Source: Octopus bimaculoides
Taxonomy: Eukaryota
Reading direction: 5' to 3'
Assembly (NCBI RefSeq): GCF_001194135.2
Contig: NC_068984.1
Coordinates: 72,602,639 to 72,666,638 of the forward strand
DNA length: 64,000 nucleotides
Numbering within the stretch: the stretch's first letter is position 1; every line of letters begins with the position of its first letter. The notes below the pieces were generated by a model. That model did no database searches. It worked only from the letters and a program-made list of their open reading frames with translations, and had not been told where the DNA came from. Positions 13,707 to 28,369 of the stretch are shown here, piece by piece. The translations under genes were made by a program, and so were the position numbers.

Positions 13707-15488
13707 CTAAAAGAAATCTTTTTGGGCTAGACCGAGAGGGACAAAGACTCGGCCACGTTCAAAATGTTCATAGCGCGTTATATGCCCTCTCGATGCTCTT
13801 ACAAGTCGATGAAGAGTTGGGATCCTAAGGCAAGACATGTGTATGCGTTTGTGTGTGTTTGTGTGTAAATGTGCGGATTTGTTTGTTTCAGTGAGTACAT
13901 ATCAGCGAGGAAACCAATCAACAGACGCATTCCAACAAAAGAAATAAAAAACAGCCTTATGGCATTTATTCTATCCAAGTTGCACACACTGTTGTTCTCA
14001 GTCTGATCATCTTAAATAACCTAGAAAGGGAGATTGACGCCATGGAAACTTGTAACAAACGACGCTATTGTTCCCTACATGCAATATAAAATAATTGGCT
14101 GTGCTATTCTGCTTGTCATGACATGTGTTCGAGTGTTACGCTTGTCAATACTACATGAAAAAACATCGACGACCTTACCAACATCTTTAACACAAAGTAA
14201 CACGTTCGATCCTTACGCTTTCAACAACCTTAACTAATTAAATTTCAGTCGCAAGGTCTTGGTATACCCAAGGTATAGTGGAAGACTAATAGCAAGAGAC
14301 CAGATTTCGATCAAACAACAAAAATACTGAAAGCAGCGTGACCCCCTAACATCTATTATCAGAAGCATCGATCTTTATTATTGTTACAGTAAAGTAAGTC
14401 ACGATTTCGCAACACTCTATAGTATTGTTATATTTGGCGTTGGCTTCGCCCTTTAAACTATAGATTTTTATCGTTTCGTTAAGATACTTTATTTTGTTGC
14501 AGGAATTACCAGCGGTGTAGTGTTCTTACCACTTAATTATTTCGGCTTCCAATAGTGAAACCACATTTACATTAACTTATCATCGATTATTTTCCTTTAA
14601 AAATTTTACATACAACTTGATATGTCGTGATTTGTTTATACAGATGTAAAAAGAAAGGAAGTGCAGACTAAACAGCAACAGGGAATTGGAAATAAGTCAG
14701 TAACTTTCCTTCAATAAAGCACCAGAAGGAAAGCACGCAATTTCTCTGACATATTCTAGTTAACTGTAATATTAATGACGTTGTTTTGACTGTCAAGCAC
14801 AACACCAATGACGCTGAGGATGGTAGCAGTAACGACCACCTAAAGAGTTTAAAATGTTAGGGAAACTTAGACGTCTTGAACGTACATTTTCACTGCTACC
14901 AAGCAAAGTACTATTGTCACAGCCAGTGTAGCCTGCTCCAGTATCGAGGACATCAACAGCTACAGCTGCAACAGCTATACAGATAACACTAATGTCAATA
15001 TTATAAATATAAAACCAATAACTGAACCCGAACCCCGAAAGAAGAAGGCTCACTTACTGAAATAATATGTTCTTGGTGAAAAATACTTAGGCTAATGGTC
15101 CACTTAAAGTATCTACGTTAATTTTATTTTTGTTTTGATTTTGTAATCGATTCTGCACAAACTTTTCTTAATATCTGCTCTTCGATCGGCATTCTTGTCA
15201 AAATAAATATTGAACTTTTAGAGGGTCAGAGAAAATAACTTGCTGTTCTTTAGGTGCTAAGGTTAAATCCAGATGTTTACTATGTTTTTCGTCACTCCGA
15301 ATTACTGTTCAAATAGTGTGATCAATATATCAGGTTGTTCATCTTCTTGCAAATATGTGGCTTTGTGTCTGCGATAAAAAATTACTATTATCATTATTAA
15401 TTTACTACGATAAAGTCCTTTCATGTATCACTCTTGGAGCAAATAAAGGAAATCATTATTCTTCATTTATAATGATGATGATGATTTC

Positions 15489-16269
15489 AAATTTCATACA
15501 AGAGCAGCACGTTTGGCAGGCGGTGGGATAAGTCGATTATATAGACACCCAGTGCTCAAATTGTACTTCTTTTATTAATCCCGAAAGGGTGAAAGGAAAA
15601 CTCAGCCTCGGCAGAATTTGAACTCAGAACATAAAGCCGAATGAAATGCTGATAAGCATTTTGCCCAGAGCAGTAACGATTCTGCCAGGTCGCAGCCTTC
15701 CTTTCTAATATAGGCACAGGGCCTGAAAATTTTATCTCAGTACTCAATTGATCCTTATTTTATCAACCTCGAACGAATGAAAAGTTGACCTCAGCAGAAT
15801 TTGAACTCAGAACGTAAAAGTGGACGAAATACTACTACTAAGCATTTTGTCCGTCGTGCTAAGATTCTTTTCTTTTCTGCTCTAGGCACAAGGCTCGAAA
15901 TTTTGGGTGAGGGGCCAGTCGATTCGATCGACCCCAGTACGCAACTGGTACTTAATAATAATATAGACTCCGAAAGGATGAAAAGCAAAGTCAACCCCGG
16001 CGGAATTTGAACTCAGAACACGAGGACAGACGAAATACCTATTTCTTTACTGCCCACAAGGGGCTACACACAGAGGGGACAAACAAGGACAGACAAACGG
16101 ATTAAGTCGATTATATCGACCCCAGTGCGTAACTGGTACTTAATTTATCGATCCCCAAAGGATGAAAGGCAAAGTCGACCTCGGCGGGATTTGAACTCAG
16201 AACGCAGTGGCAGACGAAATACCGCTAAGAATCTCGCCCAGCGTGCTAACGATTCTGCCAGCTCGCCGC
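15489..16269 (-). mobile_element. Pile-up of four tRNA-derived SINE copies (family starting GGCGGCGAGCTGGCAGAATCGTTAGC)
   Basis: gaatttgaactcagaac (B-box complement) recurs at ~15615, 15797, 16005 and 16188. Other copies at ~1444, 5200, 6325, 6535, 8010, 9000, 12160, 21890, 24400, 37835, 56690, 56875 and 57090. Confidence 0.85.
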
Positions 16270-16271
16270 TT

Positions 16272-16308
16272 TAATAATAATAACAACAACAACAACAACA
16301 ACAACAAC

Positions 16309-16362
<54 letters not shown>

Positions 16363-16385
16363 CATCATCATCCCCATCATCATTA
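16272..16385. repeat. Compound (TAA)/(CAA)/(CAT) microsatellite
   Basis: Seen directly. Confidence 0.95.
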
Positions 16386-17666
16386 TTTGCAAAGGTGATA
16401 AAAGTTCGGTGGATTCATTTTTTTTTTATAAGTCTTCATATTTGTAATGCAGTTCCTTCAGTGCACAGTGTTCGTTTGCATCAAAGTTCCTAGATAACCT
16501 CTCTATTTGATGGGGGTGAAAAATGAAATAATAAAATGAATTTGGTTAGCCAATCGTGAAATTCAAAGAAGCCAATACATCTAACAGTCTCGTTTGTAGA
16601 GTTGTTTAGTTCGGTACATGATTTTACAACATGCCTGTAACAAAAACAAAATTTATTTTATTATTTAAGGAAAAAAATAATAATTTTCTCGTAATGGCAG
16701 ACGGCAAAAGAAAAAATGTTATGGTAAAACGTAGTCGATAGAAACGACTAATGTAGTTCGTGTCTGTCCATTCATAGAGCTCTTGCGCTCAGTTGAGCTG
16801 AGGTTCATGTACGGGTGTTTCTTTTTCTTTTTTTTTTTCTTGTGACCGTTAAGACATATCTTTATAGAAAGTTTATTATAGTCGTCTACGCTTTCTAGTC
16901 CTATACACAAACATACACGCAGACTGCGGATTTAATAAAACACTGCAAACAAATGAAACAATAGCGGTGGATAATATTGCAAAAGTAGATTAGTCTGTTT
17001 GAGTTAAATCTCTTTACGAATGGAACGCCATTATTTGGCTGATTATTTTGTGATCTAACTACTCGGTCTCGTGGACGCTGCCTCAATGAATCGCTAGTGA
17101 CAGAGTAACGACGTTGTTATTCACATTACTAGAAATAGTGACCAAATTTCCAACAATTGGCCTTACAATAATAATGTTGATGGAGTCCTGAAAATAAAAA
17201 GTGGAATAGTCAAGACCTTAACATTTTTGAAACACACACACTCGTACATGTATTCGGATGCTCACAAACGTATATCATCATCCTCATCATCATCATCATC
17301 AACATCATCATTATCATCATCTAGCGCCTCCCATGCTAGTATGGTTTGTATAAATCGTTACAGTTCGCATTAATTCTCATTCGGTTTTATTACCCCACTA
17401 AAGATGGCCCTCTTTCATCCGTTTTCATTTGACATGGCTCCTACGGCTGGATGCACTAAATCATAAGAGTGGAACTGGTGAGATTGCCTTGTCCCAGCAT
17501 CGTAACATGCTCTTTGTTGTCTCTGTTCGTTCATGATAACATAACTACTAGAAGAGGCAAAAGAGCATGTGATTGAAGAGGCTGGACTCAGAAGAGAGTA
17601 TTGACAAAAGATCGGGCCGAAATGGGAAAGATAGTACTAGGGGAGTAATGTGTAGTTGCTAGAGTG

Positions 17667-17711
<45 letters not shown>

Positions 17712-17739
17712 NNNNNNNNNNAGAGATAGAGAAAGAGAG

Positions 17740-18450
17740 AGCAGAGATAGGATAAATGTTTTGTAAATGGAGACAGAGTGGTAGGTAGCTGTAGGAATGG
17801 TTAATGGTTAGAGAGCATGATGGATATAAGAATGAATGAGCTGGAGACAAGAAATGGTAGGTAGAATATAGAAGTGTGGGTGGCGACTGGTGGGAGGATA
17901 ATTTAAACTAGTAAGATGTATTACCGGTGATAAATGCAAGCGATAGCTGTAGAACGACTTAGTGATGGATGTTAAATGAAGCATAATCTAACAGTGGTGA
18001 GTAACTAAAAAGTGTAGTTGACGAATGCTTCAGATACCTACAGACATGGTGTAATTCCAACTCAAGTTTCAAGATTCATGGAGATGAAATAAGGACGAGT
18101 AGCATAATATGGGTGGGAGAGGTATAGGTGATTGAGTAAGCGTAACTTGAATGCTTTCCGTTAAATTTACGAGTAGCATGGTGAGTATGAGAAGAGATGT
18201 GAGGGCACAATAGGCAAGAGAGACTGTAGTAGTTACACATAAGAGAGGTCCAATTGCTGATTATATACATATAAAGTTTATTAAAATATTTAAAAAATAC
18301 TCCGTTTAGAATGCTACTATATCTACATATATAGGGTCTACAGCAAACCAGGTTAAGACACGGTATAATTAACACACTTTTCGCAACCCACACAAAAAAT
18401 AATTAAGATCAAAATATACTCCGTCTAGCATAAATTAGAAAGTACTCTCA
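17740..18450 (-). mobile_element. Decayed Penelope-like GIY-YIG remnant
   Basis: LLCPHISS.T...KHS...T.TSPT.I pattern and a purine-rich + strand typical of these elements. Confidence 0.45.
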
Positions 18451-18984
18451 CACGTACAGCCATACCAAAATAACAAAATTCCTACCAACTTTACATAAAT
18501 GAAACCTACCACATTCAAGCATTCATGGATCGATTTCTGAAACTAAACTCTGATCTAGTTTCTTCATGCAAGCACAAAATATTAAGAACACTGAATAATT
18601 TTTTTCTTAGGGCTAAACATTTCATCAACTCTTATACCACCACCTACAGTACAAACTAGCCCCATAATATGTATAAAAAAGATATTTTACACGAAACAAG
18701 CACTCTTCAAATTATCTCAACGCTTCCCTATCTCCAACCAAAATCTTCATTAAAGATTTTCTCATTTAAGTATTCAGACCTATACACACGCACACACATA
18801 TTTGAATGCAAGCAAGTTGGAAACCCACCTGTTTTCGCCCATTCATTTTTTTTCTTTTCCTGTTTTAAATTAAAAAATTTTAAAACACTCTTTTTTAAAT
18901 TAAATTTTATTCTCATTTTTATTCCTGAATATATACACACCTTTTATAATACCTTACTTTCTCATATATCTTCAATTCGTAAGC

Positions 18985-19260
18985 TAGCGACCGGTGGAGA
19001 ATGGCTGTCCTCTCAGCGCGGGGGCCGCTGGATAACGGACTTCAATCTATGGCGCCGGCCTTAGCATAATCAAGATCGAGGTGGTGCGACTTCAGGTATT
19101 CTTCAATTTGTTTCGCGCATGTCTTCTCCAGTGCGTGGATTGCTGCCGCGACAAAAGTTGGTGCGGTAGTCTTTCGGTGTCCATCTTGTAGACGTGGTCA
19201 TCCCACTGTAGACTGCACTGCCGAATTTTGTTTTCAAGGGTCGGCTGTTCTGCTGGCATT
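18985..19260 (-). mobile_element. RTE/CR1-like LINE 3' fragment
   Basis: PTLENKIRQCSLQWDDHVYKMDTERLPHQLL resembles IR.RRLRW.GHV.RM...RLP.QLL. Confidence 0.65.
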
Positions 19261-21099
19261 GTTCTTGGATGTTACAAGAACATCATGAAATACATACATA
19301 TATTTTTTTATTCTTTTAGTTGTTTCAGTCATTTCACTACGACCATGATGGAGCACCATCTTACAGGGTTGTTTTAGTCGAAGAAACCGACCCCAGGACT
19401 TATTCTCGGTAAGCGTAGTACTTATTTGCCGAACCACTAAGTTACTGAGACCCAAACACGCCAACATCATTTGTTAAGGGATGGTGAGCGGACAAGCTCA
19501 GACACAAAGACAAACACACACACACATATATATATACGACAGTTTCCGTCTACCAAATCCACTCAAAAGGCTTTGGTCGACCCAAGGCTATAGTAGAAGC
19601 TTGCCCAAGGTACCACGCAGTGGGACTAAACCCGGAACCATGTGGTTGGGAAGCAAGCTCCTTGCCACACAGCCACGTTTGCGCCTCTCTCTCAATATAT
19701 ATATATACACACACACTCAATACAGATGAAGCTACAATGAATACTTACCCTGCCTCTTGCAATCACCAATAAAACAAATAAGAAAATAATCAGCCACTAA
19801 GAATTCATTTAGTTTTAATATTATTCATCTCTGATCTCTCACTAATAATAATTGTAATTAACCTCAGTGACTGTACCAACCAGCCTGTCCACACCATTCT
19901 ATGGATTTAATTTTTTAATTACATGGTTTCTTACAAATATATAGACACGCGTATACATACACAGCCATCACTACTCATGGTTTTAGCAATATATTGAATA
20001 TTTCAATACTCATGCACTTAACCAATATATAATTATATATGCACATATATATATATATATACATATGTATAAATAATTATATATGTATATATATNNNNNN
20101 NNNNNNNNNNNNNNNNNNNNNNNNNNNNNNNNNNNNNNNNNNNNNNNNNNNNNNNNNNNNNNNNNNNNNNNNNNNNNNNNNNNNNNNNNNNNNNNNNNNN
20201 NNNNNNNNNNNNNNNNNNNNNNNNNNNNNNNNNNNNNNNNNNNNNNNNNNNNNNNNNNNNNNNNNNNNNNNNNNNNNNNNNNNNNNNNNNNNNNNNNNNN
20301 NNNNNNNNNNNNNNNNNNNNNNNNNNNNNNNNNNNNNNNNNNNNNNNNNNNNNNNNNNNNNNNNNNNNNNNNNNNNNNNNNNNNNNNNNNNNNNNNNNNN
20401 NNNNNNNNNNNNNNNNNNNNNNNNNNNNNNNNNNNNNNNNNNNNNNNNNNNCACATATATATATATATATACATATGTATAAATAATTATATATGTATAT
20501 ATATATATTTATATACATATATTTATATATGTATGTATGTATATAGTTATATATATACATATACATACATGGGTACAGATATTTTTAAACATATTTGCAT
20601 ATGTTTATATAATTATATAATATGTGTATACACATGTAGTAGAAATACCATCAAAACGTCCGTCTTACAACCTACCATGTTAAAAAAAATATACAAAAGC
20701 TATGGACACCGTAAATAATGATGGGCTGGTCATAGATGGAATACCTTATGATTATAGATATTTTCAATCAGAGATGAGCAATAATATATGTGTAAGTGTA
20801 TATCACGGGCGTCTCCTTATATATATAAGGTGTGGCTGTGTGGTAAAAAGCTTGCTTCCCAATCAAATGGTTCCGGGTTCAGTCTCACTGCGTGGCACCT
20901 TGGGCAAGTGTCTTCTACTACAGTCTCGGACCGACCAAAGTCTTGTGAGTGAATTTCGTAGATGGAAAATGAAAGAAGCCCGCAGTATATATACATACAC
21001 ACACACACAACTATAAATAAGGGCAAAAGAAAAGAATTTTCTTTGCGAATATGGTGAAAAATAGATGCTAAATCGTCCAACCATATAAAATATTTTCAC

Positions 21100-21860
21100 T
21101 ATATTATTACACCATGTGTTGAAATGAAGAAAGCAAGCTAACAAATTCATAAATTCATTTTAGTTATCCCCGAATCGGTTCCGATTTTGGGATTAATCCA
21201 AAAGGATTTGAAAACAAAACAAAAATAAATTAAATACTTAGACATACCCACAGAAAAGCAGACGCAAAGCCATTAATATATTTCATCAAGTACCCCAAAT
21301 ATACCCAATTAGAAATTCCGTAGCAAGCCCCGACACGCGTATCCGGTCAGGAAACGCATGCAAGTGGTTAACCAGTCAATGGTCTGTAAACCTCATAAGA
21401 CGTGACATGGACAGCTGCGACAGAGACAAAGATGTCGTGGCCAGCAGACGTTCTGACTGCGTCTGCACGCCAGAATTCATTTACAGGATAGGGTGATGGA
21501 AGATCCGAGCAAGGAAATCCAAGTTTTGGAGTCGCCACCATGAATGACCTTCGCTACCACTCATATAAAGAGTGTAAGAGACAAAATCTGACAGCCAAAG
21601 CCAAAGGGAACAACTTAATGAAGACAAAAAAGTTCCTGAACAAGCCAATCCGGGGTTGATTTGGTTTGGTTCAGATGTAAAGTACTTCTGCCAAGACCAG
21701 ATTAATAAGTGGCTTGCCCACAATCCATGTGACGTCCCATGTATCATGAAAACCATGTTTTCCCAAACTATGTTGATCTTTGGATATCTAGATAGCAAAT
21801 TACTCTCTCTGTTTTCACAGTTCTTTCTCAAAACGATTTTTCTTCCTTACGTCCTTTTCT
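21100..21860 (+). mobile_element. Decayed Tc1/mariner transposase fragment of the maT/DD37D type
   Basis: WFGSDVKYFCQDQ..KWLAHNPCDVPCIMKTMFSQTMLIFG resembles the maT consensus WFFSDEKNFCQDQ..RWLA..P.DVP.VM.TKFP.TVMVFG. Confidence 0.75.
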
Positions 21861-24800
21861 TTCTTTTTTATTAGTATCCTTTTCAGCCACGCTGCTGAAA
21901 ATGCTTAGCGGCATTTCGTCCATCTTAACATTTTAAGTTCAAATTCTGCTGAGGTCGACTTTGCTTTCCATCCTTTTGGGGTCAATAAAAAAAAGTAACA
22001 ACTGAACACTGGAGTTGATGCAATCTACTTACCAACACTTCCACTGGAATTGCTGGCCTTGTGCCAAAAGTTGAAATCATTAGTATATTTCATTTTGATT
22101 AGTTATTTTTATCTCAACCATAACTCTACTTTCAATCTTATTTCTGTCACATTCTATTTCGCCAGTTTATTTTTTTCACTCGTACCAACAGTATATATTC
22201 TATAATAGTTTTTCCATTCAATGAATATTTACATATTTTTTCTGTTATGGTCAGCTCCCCTTTCATCCTACTGTATGCCATTCTTTGAAAAGTCGTTGCC
22301 TAGTCAGCTCTAATTGCTCATTTGTTGAACTGGTATCCATAAACACTAATGTATGTGTATATATATATATATATATATATAAGCACAGGCATGGTTGTGT
22401 AGTAAGAAGCTTGGTTCCTAACCACATGGTTTCAGGTTTAGTCCCACTGGACAAGTGTCTTCTACTATAGCCTCAGGCCAACCAAAGCCTTGTGAGTGGA
22501 TTTGGTAGATGGAAACTGAAAGAAGCCTGTCATATATATATACATATATTTGTGTATGTATGTATGTATGTGTTTGTCCCCCATCAGATGTTGGAGTGTT
22601 TACATCCCTGTAACTTAGCGGTTTGCCAAAAGAGACTGACAGAATAAGTCTTGGGGTCGATTTGTTCAACTGAAGGCAGTGCTCAGGATGCCTGCAGTCA
22701 AATGACTGAAACAAGTAGCAGAATATACTCAGAATTTAAATAAATTTCCTTACAAGTCTGTACTATCACAACTGTCTAGTGACTGGTTATATGAACTCCT
22801 GAGTAACTGTCTGTGAAATTTTTTCAGCTTCAATAACACACACACACGTGTGTGTGTGTGTGTATACATACACATATATATATATGAATATATATAAGCA
22901 TTTCTATGCAGCTGTTGAAAAAAATTGTGTCATTTTGGGGAGTGCAAGTTTATAAGATTAGTAATCTCAAGCTTGTAGACCTGCTGAAGAACAGGCAAAA
23001 TGCTTTAGTGAATTTTTATTTTAGTTTTTAAGCTTTTGTATGTTTCAAATTCCAATTCTTTGAAATCTGATATTTTTTTCCTACTGAATTAATGTTAATA
23101 AATTCATTATTATGAAGGTGGTGGTAGGGAACAGTGCATACTACACATCATCATTTAACTTCCACTTTTTCATGCTTGCATATTGCAGACAGAATTTGAA
23201 GATTTTCTATAGCTGGATGCACTTCTTATTACCAATGCTCACCTGTTTCCAAGTAAGGTAATATTTTACCATGGCCAGATATATTTTCATGGAAGAATGG
23301 AAATAGCACTCACTGCTTGTATGATGGTGGTGCTTGTTTACAACCATGATGTCAGGACCAGGATACACGCAGGCCACACACATGCATATGTTATATGATG
23401 AGCTTCTTTCAGGTTCCATCTACCAAATCTGCTCACAAAGCTTTGGCTGACCCAAGGTTATAGTAGAAGATATTTGCCCATGGTGCAATGCAATAGGACT
23501 GAACCCGAGCAAGCTTCTTAACCACACAGCCACACCTGGAAATTTGCAGTGTAACAAATCAGTGAAATAAAGCGAATGCAGCTAGCCTAGAAGAAAACCC
23601 TAACAGATTAATTTTATGTTAATGCTATTGAAAATTTACATGAATTATGAAACATATGACTGCTTGTACATTATATATATATGTATAAATTTGTGTGTGT
23701 GTGTGTGTGTGTGTGCATAAATACCCACGTGAGTATGTAAATGTATATTAAAATACATATTCAAACATACAATACTTTGCAAATAGGTATGTATTTGCAT
23801 AGTTTAAAAATTTAATAATATCCTTATTACAATAGTTAGAAAGAATTTGTTTTTTTTTTCAAGTGCATTAATTAGCTTATGTTGGTTAGTCACTGCAAGA
23901 GAATTTGTTTTCTTGCTATCAAAGAATTTTCCTGTTATTGGTGAAAATCCTCACTTCATGAAAATACATCAAAGAGTTACACTTAAATGAAAAACAGAAA
24001 ATTGCACTTAAATTTACATTAAGAGAGGATGAGCTTTTGAACAAAATTCTATGAATAATTAAATGAAAAAGGAAAAACAACAGCCTTTTAAAAATTTGAA
24101 TGTAAGTGAACAAGGGAGGTCAATTATGCAGTCTGCAATAAGAAATTTCAAAATAAAGAACAAAACAAACAAGCTTTTGTTATGCAAAAATGATATTTTT
24201 AAAAATTGCCAACCTCCATTGAGCTTGAATAAATAAAATATTGTTTAGTAAGTTTATTCACTGAAACTTTGTAACAAATTATTCACTTTTGTATCTAACA
24301 TACTTTCCATGAGCTACGGAGGAACCTCAAAAAAGTTTTAAGTTTAAAATGAATAAGTAAATAAATAAAAACTGATGCTCTAACATTTAATCATTAACAT
24401 ATCGTTGCTTTTTATCCCTTTATGGGTCAATAAAATAAATACCAGTCGAACACTGCAGTTGATGTAATTGACATATCACCCCACTCCTCCCGAAATCACT
24501 GGCTTTGCGCCAAAATTTGAAACCGATATATCTTGGTATAAAGATAGTTTAAGAGTGTCCAGAGATGGTAAACCATCATAATCAGAGTAAAGAGCTAACT
24601 CATTGCATTTTCTCCAAGAAACAACAGCAATTTTCTTCTCAAAGAGCAGACTTATTCCATTTTAAGGACCTTTGCTTCTCACCTATAATTCTGAGTTCAA
24701 ATGCCAATGGAATTAATATTATGCATTGGTAGTATCATAAGAGTATTGGACTATATACATGTATTTAATCCTCTTGTTGCGGTATTACTATTGAAATAGT

Positions 24801-24914
24801 AATCCCTCGTCAAATCGCAGTTTATTATTTAAGCTTACAATCAATTCCTCTGTTGTTGTTTTGCATTTATAATAAAGTAAATATATACAATAAAAATAAA
24901 AATAAAAAAATATA

Positions 24915-25001
24915 CAGTACAATACCGTTTCTACTTTGTGGATTTTCACCTATCACAAGTGTTTTTGGAATGTAATACCTGTGGTAGTCGAGGGGTCACT
25001 A
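24915..25001. mobile_element. Short Tc1/pogo (Tigger-like) MITE remnant
   Basis: TA|CAGT start, ..CACT(a)|TA end; internal gattttcacctatc...tttttggaatgtaa resembles short Tigger-type elements. Confidence 0.45.
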
Positions 25002-28000
25002 TATATTGCTTTTGAAGTAATAATTCCCCTGAAAGAAGAATGTATTGGAAATGCTGGGTTTTCCACTCCCCAATGCAAGTCTTGCTCACACAGAACTACA
25101 CCAGTCTCATTCGAGCCCGTTTGAAGATTTTACTAAGATAACTTTGTCATTATTATACTGGTATTAAGAATATAAAATAATGTGAAATTTTTATTTAGAT
25201 CACTTTAAAGCAAAACATTTCTATCACAGAGCCAAGGGTGGTTTCAGGTGTGCCAGAATCAAATGGATTGATTCTTTTAAATTCCGACTTCAGCTTTGTC
25301 TTTCTTCCTTCCAGGTGTTCATAAAATAATACTAGGATTGACTTAATATTCATTTAAAGCAGAAATGAATATATTTATAATAGAAAGCACTGCATTTCCT
25401 CAATCCCCATCAAAATCACATCTTACCATTAAATTTCTAGCCTTCAACAACTGGAAAGATGATACAAAGTTCACTCAGAATTAAAAGACCATAATTAAAT
25501 ACATTTATTTAGTCTGATGTTCTTATCAAATGAAAGAAATTAAACTGAACTTGCAAGTCCCTAAGTTAAGCTGAATAGTGTCATAATAGGTTTAATTGTA
25601 TGATAGAGATGCTCCACTCTCTTTATATTAGATGCCAATAAGAATTGCAAGAAAAGCAACCTAAAGTAACATAAAACTCTAATAAACTTGCTATGCCTGG
25701 AACTTTGGCACAGGTATAACTGTGTGGTTAAGATGTTACCTCCCAACCACATGATTTCAGATTCAGCCCCACTGCAAACCATCTTGGGTAAATGTTTTTT
25801 CTATAACCCTGAGTTGATCAAAACCTTGTGAATGGATTTCATAAGACAGAAAGAAGCCAATTTATCTATATGTGTGTGTGGTTGTGCTTTGTTGTCCTAC
25901 ATCGTTCATGGCTGTAAACAAGTGTCATACCATACAAATGGCACCCTTTCTTTCCAATTTTCCATGAAAATGTCTGGTCATGGGGAAATATTATCTTACT
26001 TGGAAACAAAGGTGGGCAGGTGACAAGACGAGAAAATTTATCGCACCCATGCAAATAAGGAAAAATGGATATTAAAACAATGACAATGATTCACAACCTG
26101 ATGACATCCTTCAGTTGCATATAAGCTAGCTGTTTGCAATAACACAAAGACAGTCATTGCATGCTTAAAGGAAACAGTTGTAACCACTCTTTAAGCATTT
26201 CAACCAGCCACTAATATTTTATGTTTCATGTTCAAACAATCCAGATCCGGTCTCTCACATCTACCCTACAATGCTATACTAAAAATAAACAAGAACATCA
26301 TATCATAACACTATGAAATAATGCATGATTAATTCAAAACAATGAATAAATAAGCATTACATTTAAAAGAAATCCGAATTCTAAAGGACTAATGCATTTA
26401 AGTTTATAAATGTTGAACCTCACAATTTGTTGTTAGGCTGCAAGACAGAAAAATAATCAAAATCATTTCAGCTGTGATGATCCCTTATTTTTCCTATGTG
26501 CAAGGAACTTAAGACTACATTATCCATGCTGCTTTTAAAATTGTAAGGTATGAATTGTATCTATTTCTAGGCTGTGATTTATCTGGAGGCTCTTATCAAT
26601 GACATCTCATGTATTTGACTAGATTATATTAAAAATGCATCCCACAGCCAATGAATATTTCAGCCTCATTGGTAATTCAAGTAAAATCCACACAGGAGAC
26701 ATACATTAGCATTGAGTATTTGATACATACACACACACATCTAAAAACAAGTATGTGGTTTATTCCACTTATTAAATATCAGAATTGCTAGCTCAGCTAT
26801 TTCTACAAATAGTCTTCTGAATAAGAGAGCTATACCACCTACCTTCTGGAATTATGTTTCCACCTTCATTTTATTTCTATGGGTCAAGTGTTTCTTTTGC
26901 AATACAAGACTCTCAACTTTCCAACTGTAAGCATTGCACTTTCTCCAAATTAAGGAAAATTATTTTATTGCATAAAATTCTGATTTAATAAAATCCTTGG
27001 GGGGGGAAAAAAAACCATATGTTGAGACATGGTTAATGCCTTTTAATGTAATTGACCAAGCACCCATTTTCTTTACCATTTAATGTGCTGGTGCCATGCT
27101 AAAAGCATCCAGCACACTGTTAAAGGGTTGGCATTAAGGAAAGGCATCAAGTCAGAAACCAAGACAATTAAGACTGGAACCTGGTGAAGCTCACCAGCTG
27201 TGGTCAAACAATCCAAACCATACCAGCATGGAAAATGAAGAGAATATATTTAAACTTGCGTGTTCATGAGAACCATTAGCAATCAACCCCTACCTCGTTA
27301 AGTATAGTTATATAAAATAACTAAATGAAGTCTAATGTCATTGGTAATACATAATGAAGGCATCATACCCAGCTCACTAACTTTAATACCCAAAGTATAT
27401 TCATAGAAAGAAGCATTCCACCCACATTAATAAGTTCAGTTGCAGCTTTTTCAGGAACATTCAATATTCATAAATAAATTTAAACACTTTTCCTAGAAAA
27501 GTTATTTCATTTCAGATATATAATTGAATAACTGAAATAAATCTTGGAAAAAGCTCAGCCAATCAACCAATGTTTTGGGAGACAATATTAGAAAATGATT
27601 AACACATTTAATCTTTATTTTTTTCTTTGTTAAAAAAAATTTAATTTTCTATAATTTTAGCACCAAGACATTAGAAAACAGCTACAAATTGATCTGTGCC
27701 ATTTGCTTCATCTGCACGAGTAAAATTTAGTGGAAGCTGCTTATTATAATCAAGGATAATGTTATCACATGGGTATTGTTATTAAAATTAGTAGATAAAC
27801 TCCTTATCAATTATCAGCTGATTATTATGAAAAATCTATCTCGAAGAGATAATTAAGGTGGATGCTACAAAAATGAACTCCAGTACTTAGTTATGTTCTT
27901 TGAAATTAAGTTCAAATCCTTCAGGAGTGACCATTGTTGTTTATTACAGGGAAGTAGAGAGGAGGCAAAGAAGTACTGGTAGCTTAGTCAATTTCATCAA

Positions 28001-28369
28001 TTGTTCCTGCTACGAACACAAGTGTTGTTGTTTCAATATTTTAATAGAAGTCAATATTGTTGTCTTTATATAAAAAAAAATAAAATAAAAGACATTGCCA
28101 GTATTTTCGTTGTAATTGACAAAGGACATCTTTCATTACAAGATCATTTTAACATCCAGCTTTCTATGCTTGCATGGATCGGATAAAATTTATGAAAAGA
28201 TTTTTTACAGTCACATGCCCATCCTGCTACCAACCCTCACTTGTTTTCTGGTGATAGACTTCCTCATGAGAGGATGTTTCCAAAGAATGAATAGGACAGC
28301 ACTTTTATGATGGTGGCACTCATTTACAACTATCACACATTCTCAATACGAGATACACACACACACATA

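Noticed and set aside
20042-20504. Same ~53-bp AT-rich sequence on both sides of the N gap
   Set aside because: Probably contig-end overlap or a collapsed minisatellite, i.e. an assembly artefact.
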